DNA from: an uncultured Opitutales bacterium
Lineage (GTDB): Bacteria; Verrucomicrobiota; Verrucomicrobiia; Opitutales; Intestinicryptomonadaceae
NCBI GenBank assembly: GCA_934613415.1
Contig: CAKTSY010000002.1
Span: 330,001-362,000 of the forward strand
Direction of reading: 5' to 3'
DNA: 32,000 nucleotides
Shown: positions 16,696-25,222 of the stretch, one piece after another
Position numbering within the stretch: position 1 is the first letter of the stretch
Layout of the letters: every line of letters begins with the position of its first letter
The notes under the pieces: generated by a model
Databases searched by the model: none
The model's input: the letters and a program-made list of their open reading frames with translations, nothing else
What the model was told of the DNA's origin: nothing
Position numbers and translations under genes: made by a program

Positions 16696-17437
16696 CTGGA
16701 ATGTAAACGGGCTTAGAGCCGTTGTTAAAAAGAATTTCTACGAATTTGTAGAGCAATATAAGCCCGACGTTTTGTGCCTGCAGGAAACGCGCATACCGCA
16801 AAAAGAGCTGGCAAAAATAGACTTGCCCTTTAAGTATGTGCAGTTCGGATTTTCAGAAAAACCGGGCTATGCGGGAACTGCAATTTTAAGCAACATAAAG
16901 CCCGTTTCGCTGCAAAGCATAAGGCTTGAAACCCACCCCGAAGAGGGGCGCATAACCAAGGCCGAGTTCGAAAACTTTTCGCTATACAGCGTATATGTGC
17001 CAAATTCGCAAGACCACCTGCAAAGGCTAGATTACCGCGAAAAGTGCTGGGATTGCGACTTTCGCAACTATTTGGCGGCCGAATCGAAAATAAATGGCAT
17101 TGTAGTTTGCGGCGATATGAACGTAGCCCACACCGAAATAGACCTGGCGCGCCCCAAAGACAACACTATGAGCGCGGGCTTTACCGAGCAGGAAAGAAAG
17201 GGTATGGACCTTCTTTTAAAGGAGGTTCCGCTAGTGGATATTTGGAGAAAGCTTAACCCCGACAAAACCGACAAATATTCGTGGTGGAGCTTTAGGGGAG
17301 GCGCGCGCGCAAGGAACGTTGGCTGGAGAATAGACTACTTTTTAGTTTCGCCCAGCTTGGTTGAAAATGTAAACGCTACAGACATTCTCGACAATGTTTT
17401 AGGTTCCGACCACTGTCCCCTAATGCTTGACATTTAG
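16682..17437 (+). CDS. xth: exodeoxyribonuclease III (AP endonuclease, EEP family)
   Basis: 251 aa. MRIFSWNVNGLRA..., LCLQETR, ...VVCGDMNVAH..., ...YSWWSFRGGARARNVGWRIDYFLVS... and ...GSDHCPL. The start overlaps the helicase stop by 14 nt. Confidence 0.95.
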   Translation: MRIFSWNVNGLRAVVKKNFYEFVEQYKPDVLCLQETRIPQKELAKIDLPFKYVQFGFSEKPGYAGTAILSNIKPVSLQSIRLETHPEEGRITKAEFENFSLYSVYVPNSQDHLQRLDYREKCWDCDFRNYLAAESKINGIVVCGDMNVAHTEIDLARPKDNTMSAGFTEQERKGMDLLLKEVPLVDIWRKLNPDKTDKYSWWSFRGGARARNVGWRIDYFLVSPSLVENVNATDILDNVLGSDHCPLMLDI

Positions 17438-17464
17438 CCGATAAACAAAAGCATATATCTAAAA

Positions 17465-17896
17465 ATGATTACCTGCACAAAAACATATGCCTGCATTCCC
17501 TTTGCCCACCGCCAGCATTTGCACGACGGGCACTGCTCGTTTGTTCACGGGCACAACTGGGGCATTTCCATAACATTCGGCTGCACTAATACCGACGAGA
17601 ACGACTTTGTTGTGGATTTCGGCAAACTCGGGTTTATAAAAGACTGGATTTCGGAAAATCTAGACCACGCGATTGTGCTTTCGAAAAGCGACCCGTTAAA
17701 AGACAAAATAATTGCGGCGTGTCCCGAAGTGTATAAGCCATATTTTGTTGAGTCGTGCTCGTGCGAAGGGTTGGCAAAGCACCTATTTTTTGTGTTCGAC
17801 GCCCTTGTGCGCCAAAAGACAAACAACAGGGCTTTTGTAGATTGCATTAGCGTTAGCGAAGACGAAAAAAACACGGCGCGTTATAGCGAAAAATGA
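17465..17896 (+). CDS. queD: 6-carboxy-5,6,7,8-tetrahydropterin synthase (PTPS/QueD family)
   Basis: 143 aa T-fold-type protein with FAHRQHL...GHCSFVHGHNW (Cys plus the HGH zinc motif) and ...VVDFGKL...LDHAIVL. Operon context with queE and queF. Confidence 0.85.
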   Translation: MITCTKTYACIPFAHRQHLHDGHCSFVHGHNWGISITFGCTNTDENDFVVDFGKLGFIKDWISENLDHAIVLSKSDPLKDKIIAACPEVYKPYFVESCSCEGLAKHLFFVFDALVRQKTNNRAFVDCISVSEDEKNTARYSEK

Positions 17897-18501
17897 AATA
17901 CGTTGTAAGCGAGGAATTCTTATCCTTCCAAGGCGAGGGGTGTTTTGCGGGGCAAAAGGCGTATTTTATAAGGCTTTTCGGCTGCCCCGTTAAATGCGCT
18001 TGGTGCGACACAAAATATGCTTGGGGCGCTTCTTCGAACGCCTATTGCGCCACTGCCGAAGAGCTTGCAAAAAGGGCAAAAGATTCTCTTGCAAATTTTG
18101 CCGTTATAACGGGCGGCGAACCCTGCGCGCAAAATTTGCTAGAGCTGGCAAATGCCCTAAAAAATGCAAACGTAAAAACGCATTTGGAAACAAGCGGCTT
18201 TTGCGAAAACAGCGCCGAATTTGACTGGATAACCCTTAGCCCTAAATTGGGCAAACCCGTAAAACAGCGTTTTTTAGATTCGGCAAACGAGGCAAAATTT
18301 ATAGTTTCGCAAACCGCCGAATTGCCCGAATACGAAAATTTGGCAAAGCTAATTCCCAACGGGCAAGCCTATTGGCTACATTGCGAAGCTTCGAAATCGG
18401 CCGACAAGGCATTGCTAAATGCAATTTCAAATTTTGTTGTGCAAAAGGGCGGCAAATTCAGGGTAGGCTGGCAACTTCATAAACTCTTTAACGCAAAATA
18501 A
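17893..18501 (+). CDS. queE: 7-carboxy-7-deazaguanine synthase (radical SAM)
   Basis: 202 aa. FLSFQGEGCFAGQKAYFIRLFGCPVKCAWCDTKY has the QGEG motif plus CX3CX2C. ATGA overlap with the queD stop. Confidence 0.9.
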   Translation: MKYVVSEEFLSFQGEGCFAGQKAYFIRLFGCPVKCAWCDTKYAWGASSNAYCATAEELAKRAKDSLANFAVITGGEPCAQNLLELANALKNANVKTHLETSGFCENSAEFDWITLSPKLGKPVKQRFLDSANEAKFIVSQTAELPEYENLAKLIPNGQAYWLHCEASKSADKALLNAISNFVVQKGGKFRVGWQLHKLFNAK

Positions 18502-18507
18502 AAAACT

Positions 18508-18918
18508 ATGGCAAACAAAACCGAAAAAAAAGACTTAAAAGGGCTTACATTATTGGGTATGCACAAAAACAAACCCTCTAAAAAGCTTGAAACTTTCCCA
18601 AATAAAAATCCCGAAAGAGACTATACAATAGAGCTTACAACTTCGGAATTTACATGTTTGTGCCCCGCAACGGGCCAGCCCGATTTTGCCAAGATAACAA
18701 TAAGGTATATCCCCGACCAAAAGATTGTCGAAAGCAAGTCGCTAAAGCTTTATTTGTGGTCGTTCCGCAACGAGGGGTGCTTTCACGAACACCTTACAAA
18801 CGTGATTTTAAACGATTTGGTAAAGGCCTTAAGCCCGCGCTTTTGCACGGTTATAGGCGAGTTTAATTCGAGGGGCGGCATAGCCATAAAAGTTGTGGCC
18901 GAATATGCAAAGCCTTAA
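18508..18918 (+). CDS. queF: NADPH-dependent 7-cyano-7-deazaguanine (preQ0) reductase, unimodular type
   Basis: 136 aa. Catalytic Cys region EFTCLCPATGQPDFA and QueF motif ESKSLKLYLWSFRNEGCFHE. Confidence 0.95.
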   Translation: MANKTEKKDLKGLTLLGMHKNKPSKKLETFPNKNPERDYTIELTTSEFTCLCPATGQPDFAKITIRYIPDQKIVESKSLKLYLWSFRNEGCFHEHLTNVILNDLVKALSPRFCTVIGEFNSRGGIAIKVVAEYAKP

Positions 18919-18963
18919 ATTGCGCTTTTTTGTTACGATAACCTAAACAAACGAAAGGACAAA

Positions 18964-19524
18964 ATGAAAAAGATTATATTTTCGATTGCGGTTATGGGCT
19001 TTGCGCTGAACTTGTTTTCGGCGTGCTGCGAAAAGGGCGAGTGCAAGGCAAAAGCCGAAGCACCCGCGCAGACGACAACAGCCCAAAGCATAAAAGCCGA
19101 TGTTGTCAAAGCCGAAAAGGCGGCTAAAACATCCGAATTGAAAATCCGCGAAGATTTCGACAAGGCACTTGCCGATGCCGAAAAAGAAGGCAAAATTTTA
19201 ATGCTGCATTTTTCGGGTTCCGATTGGTGCCCCCCTTGCAAAGCGTTGCATAAGCTTGTTATAGACACCAAAGAATTTAAAAAATACGCAAACGAAAAGC
19301 TAACCTACGTTCTTTCCGATTGGGACAAAATGCGCATGCCGAAATCGAAGGATTTTGCAAAACAGCATGCGGCATTAATCGAGCAGTTGCAAATAGAGGG
19401 GTTCCCCACAATGGTTCTTATAAACCCCAAAACAAAAAAGGCCAAAAAGATTGTGGGCGTGCCGTTCCAAGCGCCCAACGAACTTATAATTGAAATAGAG
19501 GCCTTTAAGGAAAAGTCTAAATAA
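18964..19524 (+). CDS. thioredoxin-fold lipoprotein (CPPC active site)
   Basis: Signal plus lipobox MKKIIFSIAVMGFALNLFSAC, an Ala/Lys-rich linker, and the thioredoxin-like motif LHFSGSDWCPPCKAL. SD GAAAGGA lies upstream. Confidence 0.85.
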   Translation: MKKIIFSIAVMGFALNLFSACCEKGECKAKAEAPAQTTTAQSIKADVVKAEKAAKTSELKIREDFDKALADAEKEGKILMLHFSGSDWCPPCKALHKLVIDTKEFKKYANEKLTYVLSDWDKMRMPKSKDFAKQHAALIEQLQIEGFPTMVLINPKTKKAKKIVGVPFQAPNELIIEIEAFKEKSK

Positions 19525-19568
19525 CGCAATTTTTTGTATTTACGGCTGAACATCGGCAAAAATACAAA

Positions 19569-19604
19569 AAATCCCGAATTTGAATTTCTCCAAATTCGGG
19601 ATTT
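19569..19604 (-). terminator. intrinsic terminator (mainly for alaS; hairpin shared with the convergent thioredoxin-like gene)
   Basis: 14-bp perfect stem aaatcccgaatttg/caaattcgggattt (19569-19582 / 19591-19604) with an 8-nt loop. On the minus strand it is followed by tttgtattttt. Confidence 0.75.
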
Positions 19605-19649
19605 CCATTTTATATATGCGCCTAAATTTGCACCAAAAAGCGCAGTCTT

Positions 19650-22307
19650 TTATATTTTAAAGTCGGCAATAGCCTTGTCTATAAGCGAGGCTTTGCCGCC
19701 GCCCATTGCAAAGTCGGGCTTGCCGCCGCCTTTGCCATCGAGCAAAGCGCAAATATTTTTCACAATTTCGCCCGCCTTAAGCCCTTTGTCGAGCGCGCCC
19801 TGCGAAAGCATTGCCAACACCGCCGCCTTTTCGCCGTTTTTCGACAGCAAAACTATGGCCGACTCTTTCAGCTCTTTTGCGGTTTTTACGGCAAGCTGCC
19901 TTAGGTCGTTGCCCGAGGCCGAAACTTTGGCCACAACGTAGCTAATGCCGTCTTTTTCGACGGCTTTTTTTGCAAGTTCCTTTGCCTCGTTGCCGGCGTT
20001 TTGCAACTTAAACTGCTTTAATTCGCGCTCAATCTGGTCTTTTTGAAGCATAAGCTTGTCTATGGCCTGTTCAAGCTCGTTGGCCTTGCACGAAAGCTTT
20101 TGCGAAATTGCCGAAGCCGATTTTTGCAGGTCTTCGAACTGCCTTAAAGCAACTGTGCCAGCAACGGCTTCGAGCCTGCGCGTTCCCGCCGAAATTGCTC
20201 CCTCGCCGCAAATCTTTATAAGGCCGATTTCGCCCAAGCCCGAAACGTGCGTTCCGCCGCAAAGCTCGGCGTGAAAGTCGCCCATTTTTACAACCCTTAC
20301 AATAAGGCCGTATTTTTCGCCGAAGAAAGCCAAGCAACCCTCGGGTATTTCCTTGTAGGGAACTTCGAACCACTTAACTGGCGCGTTCTCCAAAATCTTG
20401 GCGTTTGCCAAAGCTTCCACCTCTTTAAGCTGTTCCTTTGTGGGGGCTTCGTAGTGCGAAAAGTCGAATCTTAACCTTTCGGCGTCTACATAAGAGCCCG
20501 CCTGGCGCACGTGCTTGCCCAAAACCCTTCTTAAGGCCCAGTGCAAAACGTGCGTTGCGCTGTGGTGGCGCTGAATTGCAAACCTCTTTTGCTTGTCTAC
20601 GTTAAGCAGAACTTTTTTGCCTATGTGCGAGGCGTTGAACACGCCCTTGCGTACGCTGTGCAAAATGTGGCCTGCGGCGTCGGCTTTGGTGTCGAAAATT
20701 TCGCGGGCAGTGCCGTCTATTTCCACAAAGCCCGTGTCTGCAACCTGGCCGCCTTTTTCGGCGTAAAACGGCGTTTGCGGGAAAATCAAAAAGTCGCAGT
20801 CTTTGCCCTCTATAATTGCGCTGATTGTTGTTTCAAAGTCGGTAAGGTTTGCAATGTTGTAGCCTACAAACTGCGTTGTGTTTGCAAGGTCTTTGGTGTC
20901 GGCAACGCTTATTATAGACTTTTTTTGCGCGCTTCTGGCCTTTTTGCGCTGCTTTTCCATGGCCTCTTCGAAACCCTTAACGTCTACCTGCATGGCGCGT
21001 TCGCGGGCGATAAGTTCGGTAAGGTCCAGCGGGAAGCCGTAGGTGTCGTACAAAACAAAGGCCTGTTCGCCCGTAATGCGCTTTTGCGTTTCGGTAATGT
21101 TGTCAAGCAAAGCAAGACCCCTGTCCAAAGTTCTTTCAAACGATTTCTCCTCGGAGTCTATTATATTTACAATAAGCTTTTTTTGCTCTTCAAGCTCGGG
21201 GAAAACTGGGCTCATTTTTGCGATGAGCGGGGCTGCCAATTTTGTGAAAGACCCCGCAGGCAGGCCTATGCGTTTTGAATACATAACAGCCCTTCTTAAA
21301 ATGCGCCTTAGAACGTAGTTGCGCCCTTCGTTGCCCGGCAAAATGCCGTCGGCAATCGAAAACGACAGCGTTCTTATGTGGTCGGAAAGCACCCTAAATA
21401 CGCAGTCGATAAGTTCCTGCGCCGACATATCGTCGCGCGAAGAGGGTATAGTTCCCTTGTATGTTTTGCCCGACATTGCCGAAATGTGGGTGAATATGTC
21501 GGTAAACAAGTCGCTATTATAATTCGAGCTTAGCTTGGAAAAGTCGCTAAAATTATTGGTGCTAGCCATAATGCCCGCAACGCGTTCAAGCCCCATACCC
21601 GTGTCTATATTCTTGTTCTTTAGCGGAATAAACGAGCCGTCGGGCTGGGCGTTAAACTGCATAAACACCAAGTTCCAAATTTCTATGCATTCGGGAGAGT
21701 CTTTATTTACAAGCTCGCCTTTTGTATCGCCATTTTCGGTAAGGTCTATGTGCAGTTCCGAGCAAGGTCCGCAAGGGCCCGTTTCGCCCATCATCCAAAA
21801 GTTGTCTTTTTTGCCGCCAAATTTTATGTGAACAAGGGGGTCCATTCCCTCTTTTTCGAAAACGTCCTTCCAAATGTTGTAGGCTTCTTCGTCGAACGAG
21901 GCCGGTTCGCCCTCGGCGGGCTTGTATATCGTAGCATACAGCCTTTCTTTGGGGAATTTCCATACGTCAACTAAAAGCTCCCACGCCCACTGAATTGCCT
22001 CTTTTTTAAAGTAGTCGCCAAAAGACCAGTTGCCCAGCATTTCGAAGAATGTGTGGTGGTATGTGTCGAAACCTACGTCTTCAAGGTCGTTGTGCTTGCC
22101 GCCCGCGCGTATGCACTTTTGAGTGTCGGCCGCCCTTGCAAACGGAGATTGCGCTTCGCCCAAAAAGTAGGGAACAAACTGGTTCATTCCCGCGTTGGTG
22201 AACAGCAAATTCGGCGACGTGGGCATTAAAGACGCCGACGGCACTATCGAATGGTGCTTGTTCTTGAAGAATTCGAGAAAGCTTTTTCTTATTTCAAGGG
22301 AGGTCAT
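19650..22307 (-). CDS. alaS: alanine--tRNA ligase
   Basis: 885 aa. N-terminal IRKSFLEFFKNKHHSIVPSASL..., FTNAGMNQF, ...HHTFFEMLGNWSFGDYFK..., editing-domain HSATHVLHWALR and ...CGGTHV. Confidence 0.97.
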   Translation of the reverse strand: MTSLEIRKSFLEFFKNKHHSIVPSASLMPTSPNLLFTNAGMNQFVPYFLGEAQSPFARAADTQKCIRAGGKHNDLEDVGFDTYHHTFFEMLGNWSFGDYFKKEAIQWAWELLVDVWKFPKERLYATIYKPAEGEPASFDEEAYNIWKDVFEKEGMDPLVHIKFGGKKDNFWMMGETGPCGPCSELHIDLTENGDTKGELVNKDSPECIEIWNLVFMQFNAQPDGSFIPLKNKNIDTGMGLERVAGIMASTNNFSDFSKLSSNYNSDLFTDIFTHISAMSGKTYKGTIPSSRDDMSAQELIDCVFRVLSDHIRTLSFSIADGILPGNEGRNYVLRRILRRAVMYSKRIGLPAGSFTKLAAPLIAKMSPVFPELEEQKKLIVNIIDSEEKSFERTLDRGLALLDNITETQKRITGEQAFVLYDTYGFPLDLTELIARERAMQVDVKGFEEAMEKQRKKARSAQKKSIISVADTKDLANTTQFVGYNIANLTDFETTISAIIEGKDCDFLIFPQTPFYAEKGGQVADTGFVEIDGTAREIFDTKADAAGHILHSVRKGVFNASHIGKKVLLNVDKQKRFAIQRHHSATHVLHWALRRVLGKHVRQAGSYVDAERLRFDFSHYEAPTKEQLKEVEALANAKILENAPVKWFEVPYKEIPEGCLAFFGEKYGLIVRVVKMGDFHAELCGGTHVSGLGEIGLIKICGEGAISAGTRRLEAVAGTVALRQFEDLQKSASAISQKLSCKANELEQAIDKLMLQKDQIERELKQFKLQNAGNEAKELAKKAVEKDGISYVVAKVSASGNDLRQLAVKTAKELKESAIVLLSKNGEKAAVLAMLSQGALDKGLKAGEIVKNICALLDGKGGGKPDFAMGGGKASLIDKAIADFKI

Positions 22308-22321
22308 ACACTGCAGATTTG

Positions 22322-23419
22322 TTAAAGCCTTTTAATGATTTCGTCGGCCATTTCCTTTGTGGAAACCGATTTGCCGCCGAAAGCGATGTCTATTGTGCGC
22401 ACGCCCTCGCAAACCGCCTTTTTAACGGCGTTCTCTATTTGGGCTGCGATTTCGTCTTCGCCGAAAGAGTGGCGCAACATAAGGGCCGCGCTTAAAATTT
22501 GCGCGCAGGGGTTTGCAATGCCTTTGCCCGCAATGTCTGGAGCCGAACCGCCTGCGGGTTCGTATAGCCCAAACTTAAAGCCCTTCGAGTTTTCGGCAAC
22601 CCCCAGCGACGCCGAGCACAGCATGCCCATCGAGCCGCAGATAATTGCCATTTCGTCGGAAAGAATGTCGCCGAACATATTTTCGGTAAAGAGAACGTCG
22701 AATTGGTTCGGGTCTCTTGCCAGCTGCATTGCGGCGTTGTCTACATAAAGGTGCGAAAGCTCTATTTGCGGATATTTCTTTTCGAAAAATTCCTTAACCG
22801 TGTTTCTCCACAAAACCGAGGTTTCCAAAACGTTTGCCTTGTCTACCGAGCATACGCGCTTTGTGCGCTTCATTGCGGTTTGCGCCGCAACTTCGGCAAT
22901 GCGCTCTATTTCGCTCTTTTTATATGCCATTGTGTCGCTTGCATAAATGTCGCCGTCGGGCAAAGTTTTGGTTTGCTTGTCGCCGAAATATATGCCGCCC
23001 GTAAGTTCCCTTATGCAGACAATGTCGATACCTTCGGGTATGCGCTCGCTTTTAAGGGGGCTTGCAGCCGTAATTTCCTTATAAAGCAAGCCGGGGCGCA
23101 AGTTCGCAAAAAGCTTGAACTCTTTGCGGATTGGCAACAAAGCCGCTCTTTCGGGCTGCTGCTTGGGGGGCAGGTGTTCCCACTTTGGGCCGCCTACCGA
23201 GCCGAAAAGAATTGCGTCGGAATTGTGGCAGACGTCTAGCGTAGACTTAGGTAACGCTTCGCCCTGGCTGTCTATTGCAGCTCCGCCCACATCGCACTTG
23301 GTGTAGTCTAAAGCAATAGAGTGCTTGTCGCATGCGCATTTAAGAACGCGCAAAGCCTGTTCCATAACTTCGGGGCCGATGCCGTCGCCCGCCAATACCG
23401 AGAATTTTAATGTTTTCAT
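22322..23419 (-). CDS. leuB: 3-isopropylmalate dehydrogenase
   Basis: Trimmed from track 22322..23476 to the ATG at 23419, giving MKTLKFSVLAGDGIGPEV (canonical N-terminus). ...NLFGDILSDE-like MFGDILSDEMAI, ...YEPAGGSAPDIAGKGIANP... are present. Only 14 nt upstream of alaS. Confidence 0.92.
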   Translation of the reverse strand: MKTLKFSVLAGDGIGPEVMEQALRVLKCACDKHSIALDYTKCDVGGAAIDSQGEALPKSTLDVCHNSDAILFGSVGGPKWEHLPPKQQPERAALLPIRKEFKLFANLRPGLLYKEITAASPLKSERIPEGIDIVCIRELTGGIYFGDKQTKTLPDGDIYASDTMAYKKSEIERIAEVAAQTAMKRTKRVCSVDKANVLETSVLWRNTVKEFFEKKYPQIELSHLYVDNAAMQLARDPNQFDVLFTENMFGDILSDEMAIICGSMGMLCSASLGVAENSKGFKFGLYEPAGGSAPDIAGKGIANPCAQILSAALMLRHSFGEDEIAAQIENAVKKAVCEGVRTIDIAFGGKSVSTKEMADEIIKRL

Positions 23420-23593
23420 CTTCTTAAATAATAAAAATATGCCCATATGTAAACAAAGTTGCGGCAAAATTGCCACACAAAAGTTTATTTATTGGCAACT
23501 AGTTTGTTGCGGGCGAAAAATCTTTACAAGTTTGCAGTGTGCGGCTATTCTTTTTTATCGTTTTATAAAATTTCAACAAGTATATAAGTATAT

Positions 23594-25177
23594 ATGAATA
23601 AAAGACTATTCCTAAAAACATCGGTTGCGGTTTTTGCCGCGCTTTTTGCGTTTGCGCTTAATGCCGAAATAAAAATGAACAAGCTGTTTTCCGACAATAT
23701 GGTTCTGCAAAACGGCAAACAGGTAAAAGTTTGGGGGCAGTCGCTGCCAAATGCAAAAGTTTCGGTAAAATTTGCGGGGCAAAACGTTTCTACAAAGGCC
23801 GACAAAAACGGCGAATGGTCGCTATACTTAAAGCCTCTTAAAATAAACGCCAAGCCTGCAACTATGCAGGTGCTTGAAAACGGCAAAGAGGGCAAAACAA
23901 TAAACGGCGTTCTTGTGGGCGAAGTTTGGTTTATTTCGGGGCAGTCGAATATGCAATTTGGCCTTAGCGCAGCCGACAACTACAAAGAGGCAAACGCGCG
24001 CGCAAACTACCCGCAAATAAGGTTTTTTATGCACCCTGCAGGCAGGGTGGCAACAAAGCCGCTTAAGGATTTTGTGAACCCCGAACGCTCTAATTGGGAA
24101 GTTGTTTGCCCCGACCGCATTGGCGGCAAAAGCGCGGTGGGCTTTTTCTTTGCCGAAAAGCTTACAAAAGAGCTTAAGGGCGTTCCCGTTGGTCTTATAC
24201 AATCGGCTTTGGGAGGGTCGGCAATGATTACGTGGATTGCGCGCGAAGACCTAAACAACGTAAAAAGCCACGCCAAAGATTTGGAAAAGTTCGATAAAGA
24301 AAACAAGAACTACAACTACAAAGAAGCTCAAGAAAAGTTTAAGAAAGACATTGCAGCCTACAACGCCGAAAAGGCCGAAGCTAAAAAGGCTGGCAAGCAT
24401 TTCGACAAATATCCTCCCAGAGAGCCGCACCCCTTGGCCACGGGCAGGGTAACGCGTATGCCTGGGTATTTATACAACGCAAACGTAGCCCCTGTAACAG
24501 ACTATGCCCTTAGAGGCTTTTTGTGGTATCAGGGCGAAGACGACGGCTATGGCCCGAATGTTTTCGAGGAAAAACTTACCGCAATTATAAATGGTTGGCG
24601 CAAATATTGGGGTGACGAAAACCTGCCCTTTGTGTTTATGCAGCTGCCATCGTGGTATGCCCACAACGACAGAATGAAATGCCCCCCGTGGGAGGGTGTT
24701 CGCTGGGCGCAATACAACACCGCAAAGCACGTTAAAAACACCTATATGGTTGTAACAATCGATTTGGGCGAAAAGTTCGACATTCACCCCAAAAACAAAA
24801 TAGACGTAGGTTACAGAGCCGCAAATATCGCCTTAAAGGAAGTTTACGGCAAAAAAAATTTGGTGGTTTACGGCCCCGCATTTAAAAGTTTTGAATACGG
24901 CGGCGACAGAGTTGCAATTAAGTTCGACTCGTTCGGCAAAAAAATGGTGCTAAAGGGCGAGCCGCGCGGTTTTGAAGTGTTTAACGGCAAAAAGTGGGTA
25001 AAGGCTGGCGACGTTTCGTTCGACCAAAAAACCAATACCGTAATAGTAAAGGGCAAAGACGGCGACGACGTTGAGGGCGTGCGCTATTTGTGGACAAGCT
25101 GGGCAGCCCCCGACGCCTGCCTGTTTAACGAAGACGGCCTGCCCGTAATGTCTTTTACAAATAAAGACGGCGAATAG
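23594..25177 (+). CDS. sialate O-acetylesterase family (SASA/SGNH-type carbohydrate esterase), secreted, paralog A
   Basis: Signal ...FAFALNA/EIK. SGNH blocks GEVWFISGQSNM, SALGGS, FLWYQGEDD and DIHPKNK. Confidence 0.88.
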   Translation: MNKRLFLKTSVAVFAALFAFALNAEIKMNKLFSDNMVLQNGKQVKVWGQSLPNAKVSVKFAGQNVSTKADKNGEWSLYLKPLKINAKPATMQVLENGKEGKTINGVLVGEVWFISGQSNMQFGLSAADNYKEANARANYPQIRFFMHPAGRVATKPLKDFVNPERSNWEVVCPDRIGGKSAVGFFFAEKLTKELKGVPVGLIQSALGGSAMITWIAREDLNNVKSHAKDLEKFDKENKNYNYKEAQEKFKKDIAAYNAEKAEAKKAGKHFDKYPPREPHPLATGRVTRMPGYLYNANVAPVTDYALRGFLWYQGEDDGYGPNVFEEKLTAIINGWRKYWGDENLPFVFMQLPSWYAHNDRMKCPPWEGVRWAQYNTAKHVKNTYMVVTIDLGEKFDIHPKNKIDVGYRAANIALKEVYGKKNLVVYGPAFKSFEYGGDRVAIKFDSFGKKMVLKGEPRGFEVFNGKKWVKAGDVSFDQKTNTVIVKGKDGDDVEGVRYLWTSWAAPDACLFNEDGLPVMSFTNKDGE

Positions 25178-25222
25178 AATTTATATGTTGCATTTGTATA
25201 AAACAGAAGAAATATATTAGTT

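Noticed and set aside
17438-17464. A possible preQ1 riboswitch upstream of queD, and an FMN riboswitch upstream of ribD (28385..28394).
   Set aside because: The gaps are only 27 nt and 10 nt. They lack the conserved stems and loops of those riboswitches, and both genes are internal to operons.
14200-18918. SNF2 helicase plus nuclease plus queDE read as a Dpd-type 7-deazaguanine DNA-modification/restriction island, or as a Zorya/DISARM-like defence module.
   Set aside because: There is no tgt/dpdA-like transglycosylase, dpdB/C, methyltransferase, ZorAB or DrmABC partner. Xth is a standard-length ExoIII. The presence of queF (and queA nearby) points to ordinary tRNA queuosine synthesis. Kept only as a low-probability idea in the findings.
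20541-21278. 245-aa plus-strand ORF antisense to alaS. Similar long antisense ORFs occur at 1625..2131, 7993..8511, 9934..10497, 22703..23239 and 25577..26071.
   Set aside because: Each lies entirely inside a confidently identified gene on the other strand. Their translations are Cys/Phe/Arg/Val-rich with no motifs. They are the usual shadow ORFs produced by the codon bias of the real gene.
22322-23476. Longer N-terminal extensions offered by the ORF track for leuB, the RRM gene (to 30285), HPr (from 31532), 30934, 27716, 26845, 12700 and 3111.
   Set aside because: The extensions encode non-conserved, odd peptides, overlap upstream genes or predicted promoters, and precede internal ATG or GTG codons. 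Those internal starts yield canonical N-termini or signal peptides.
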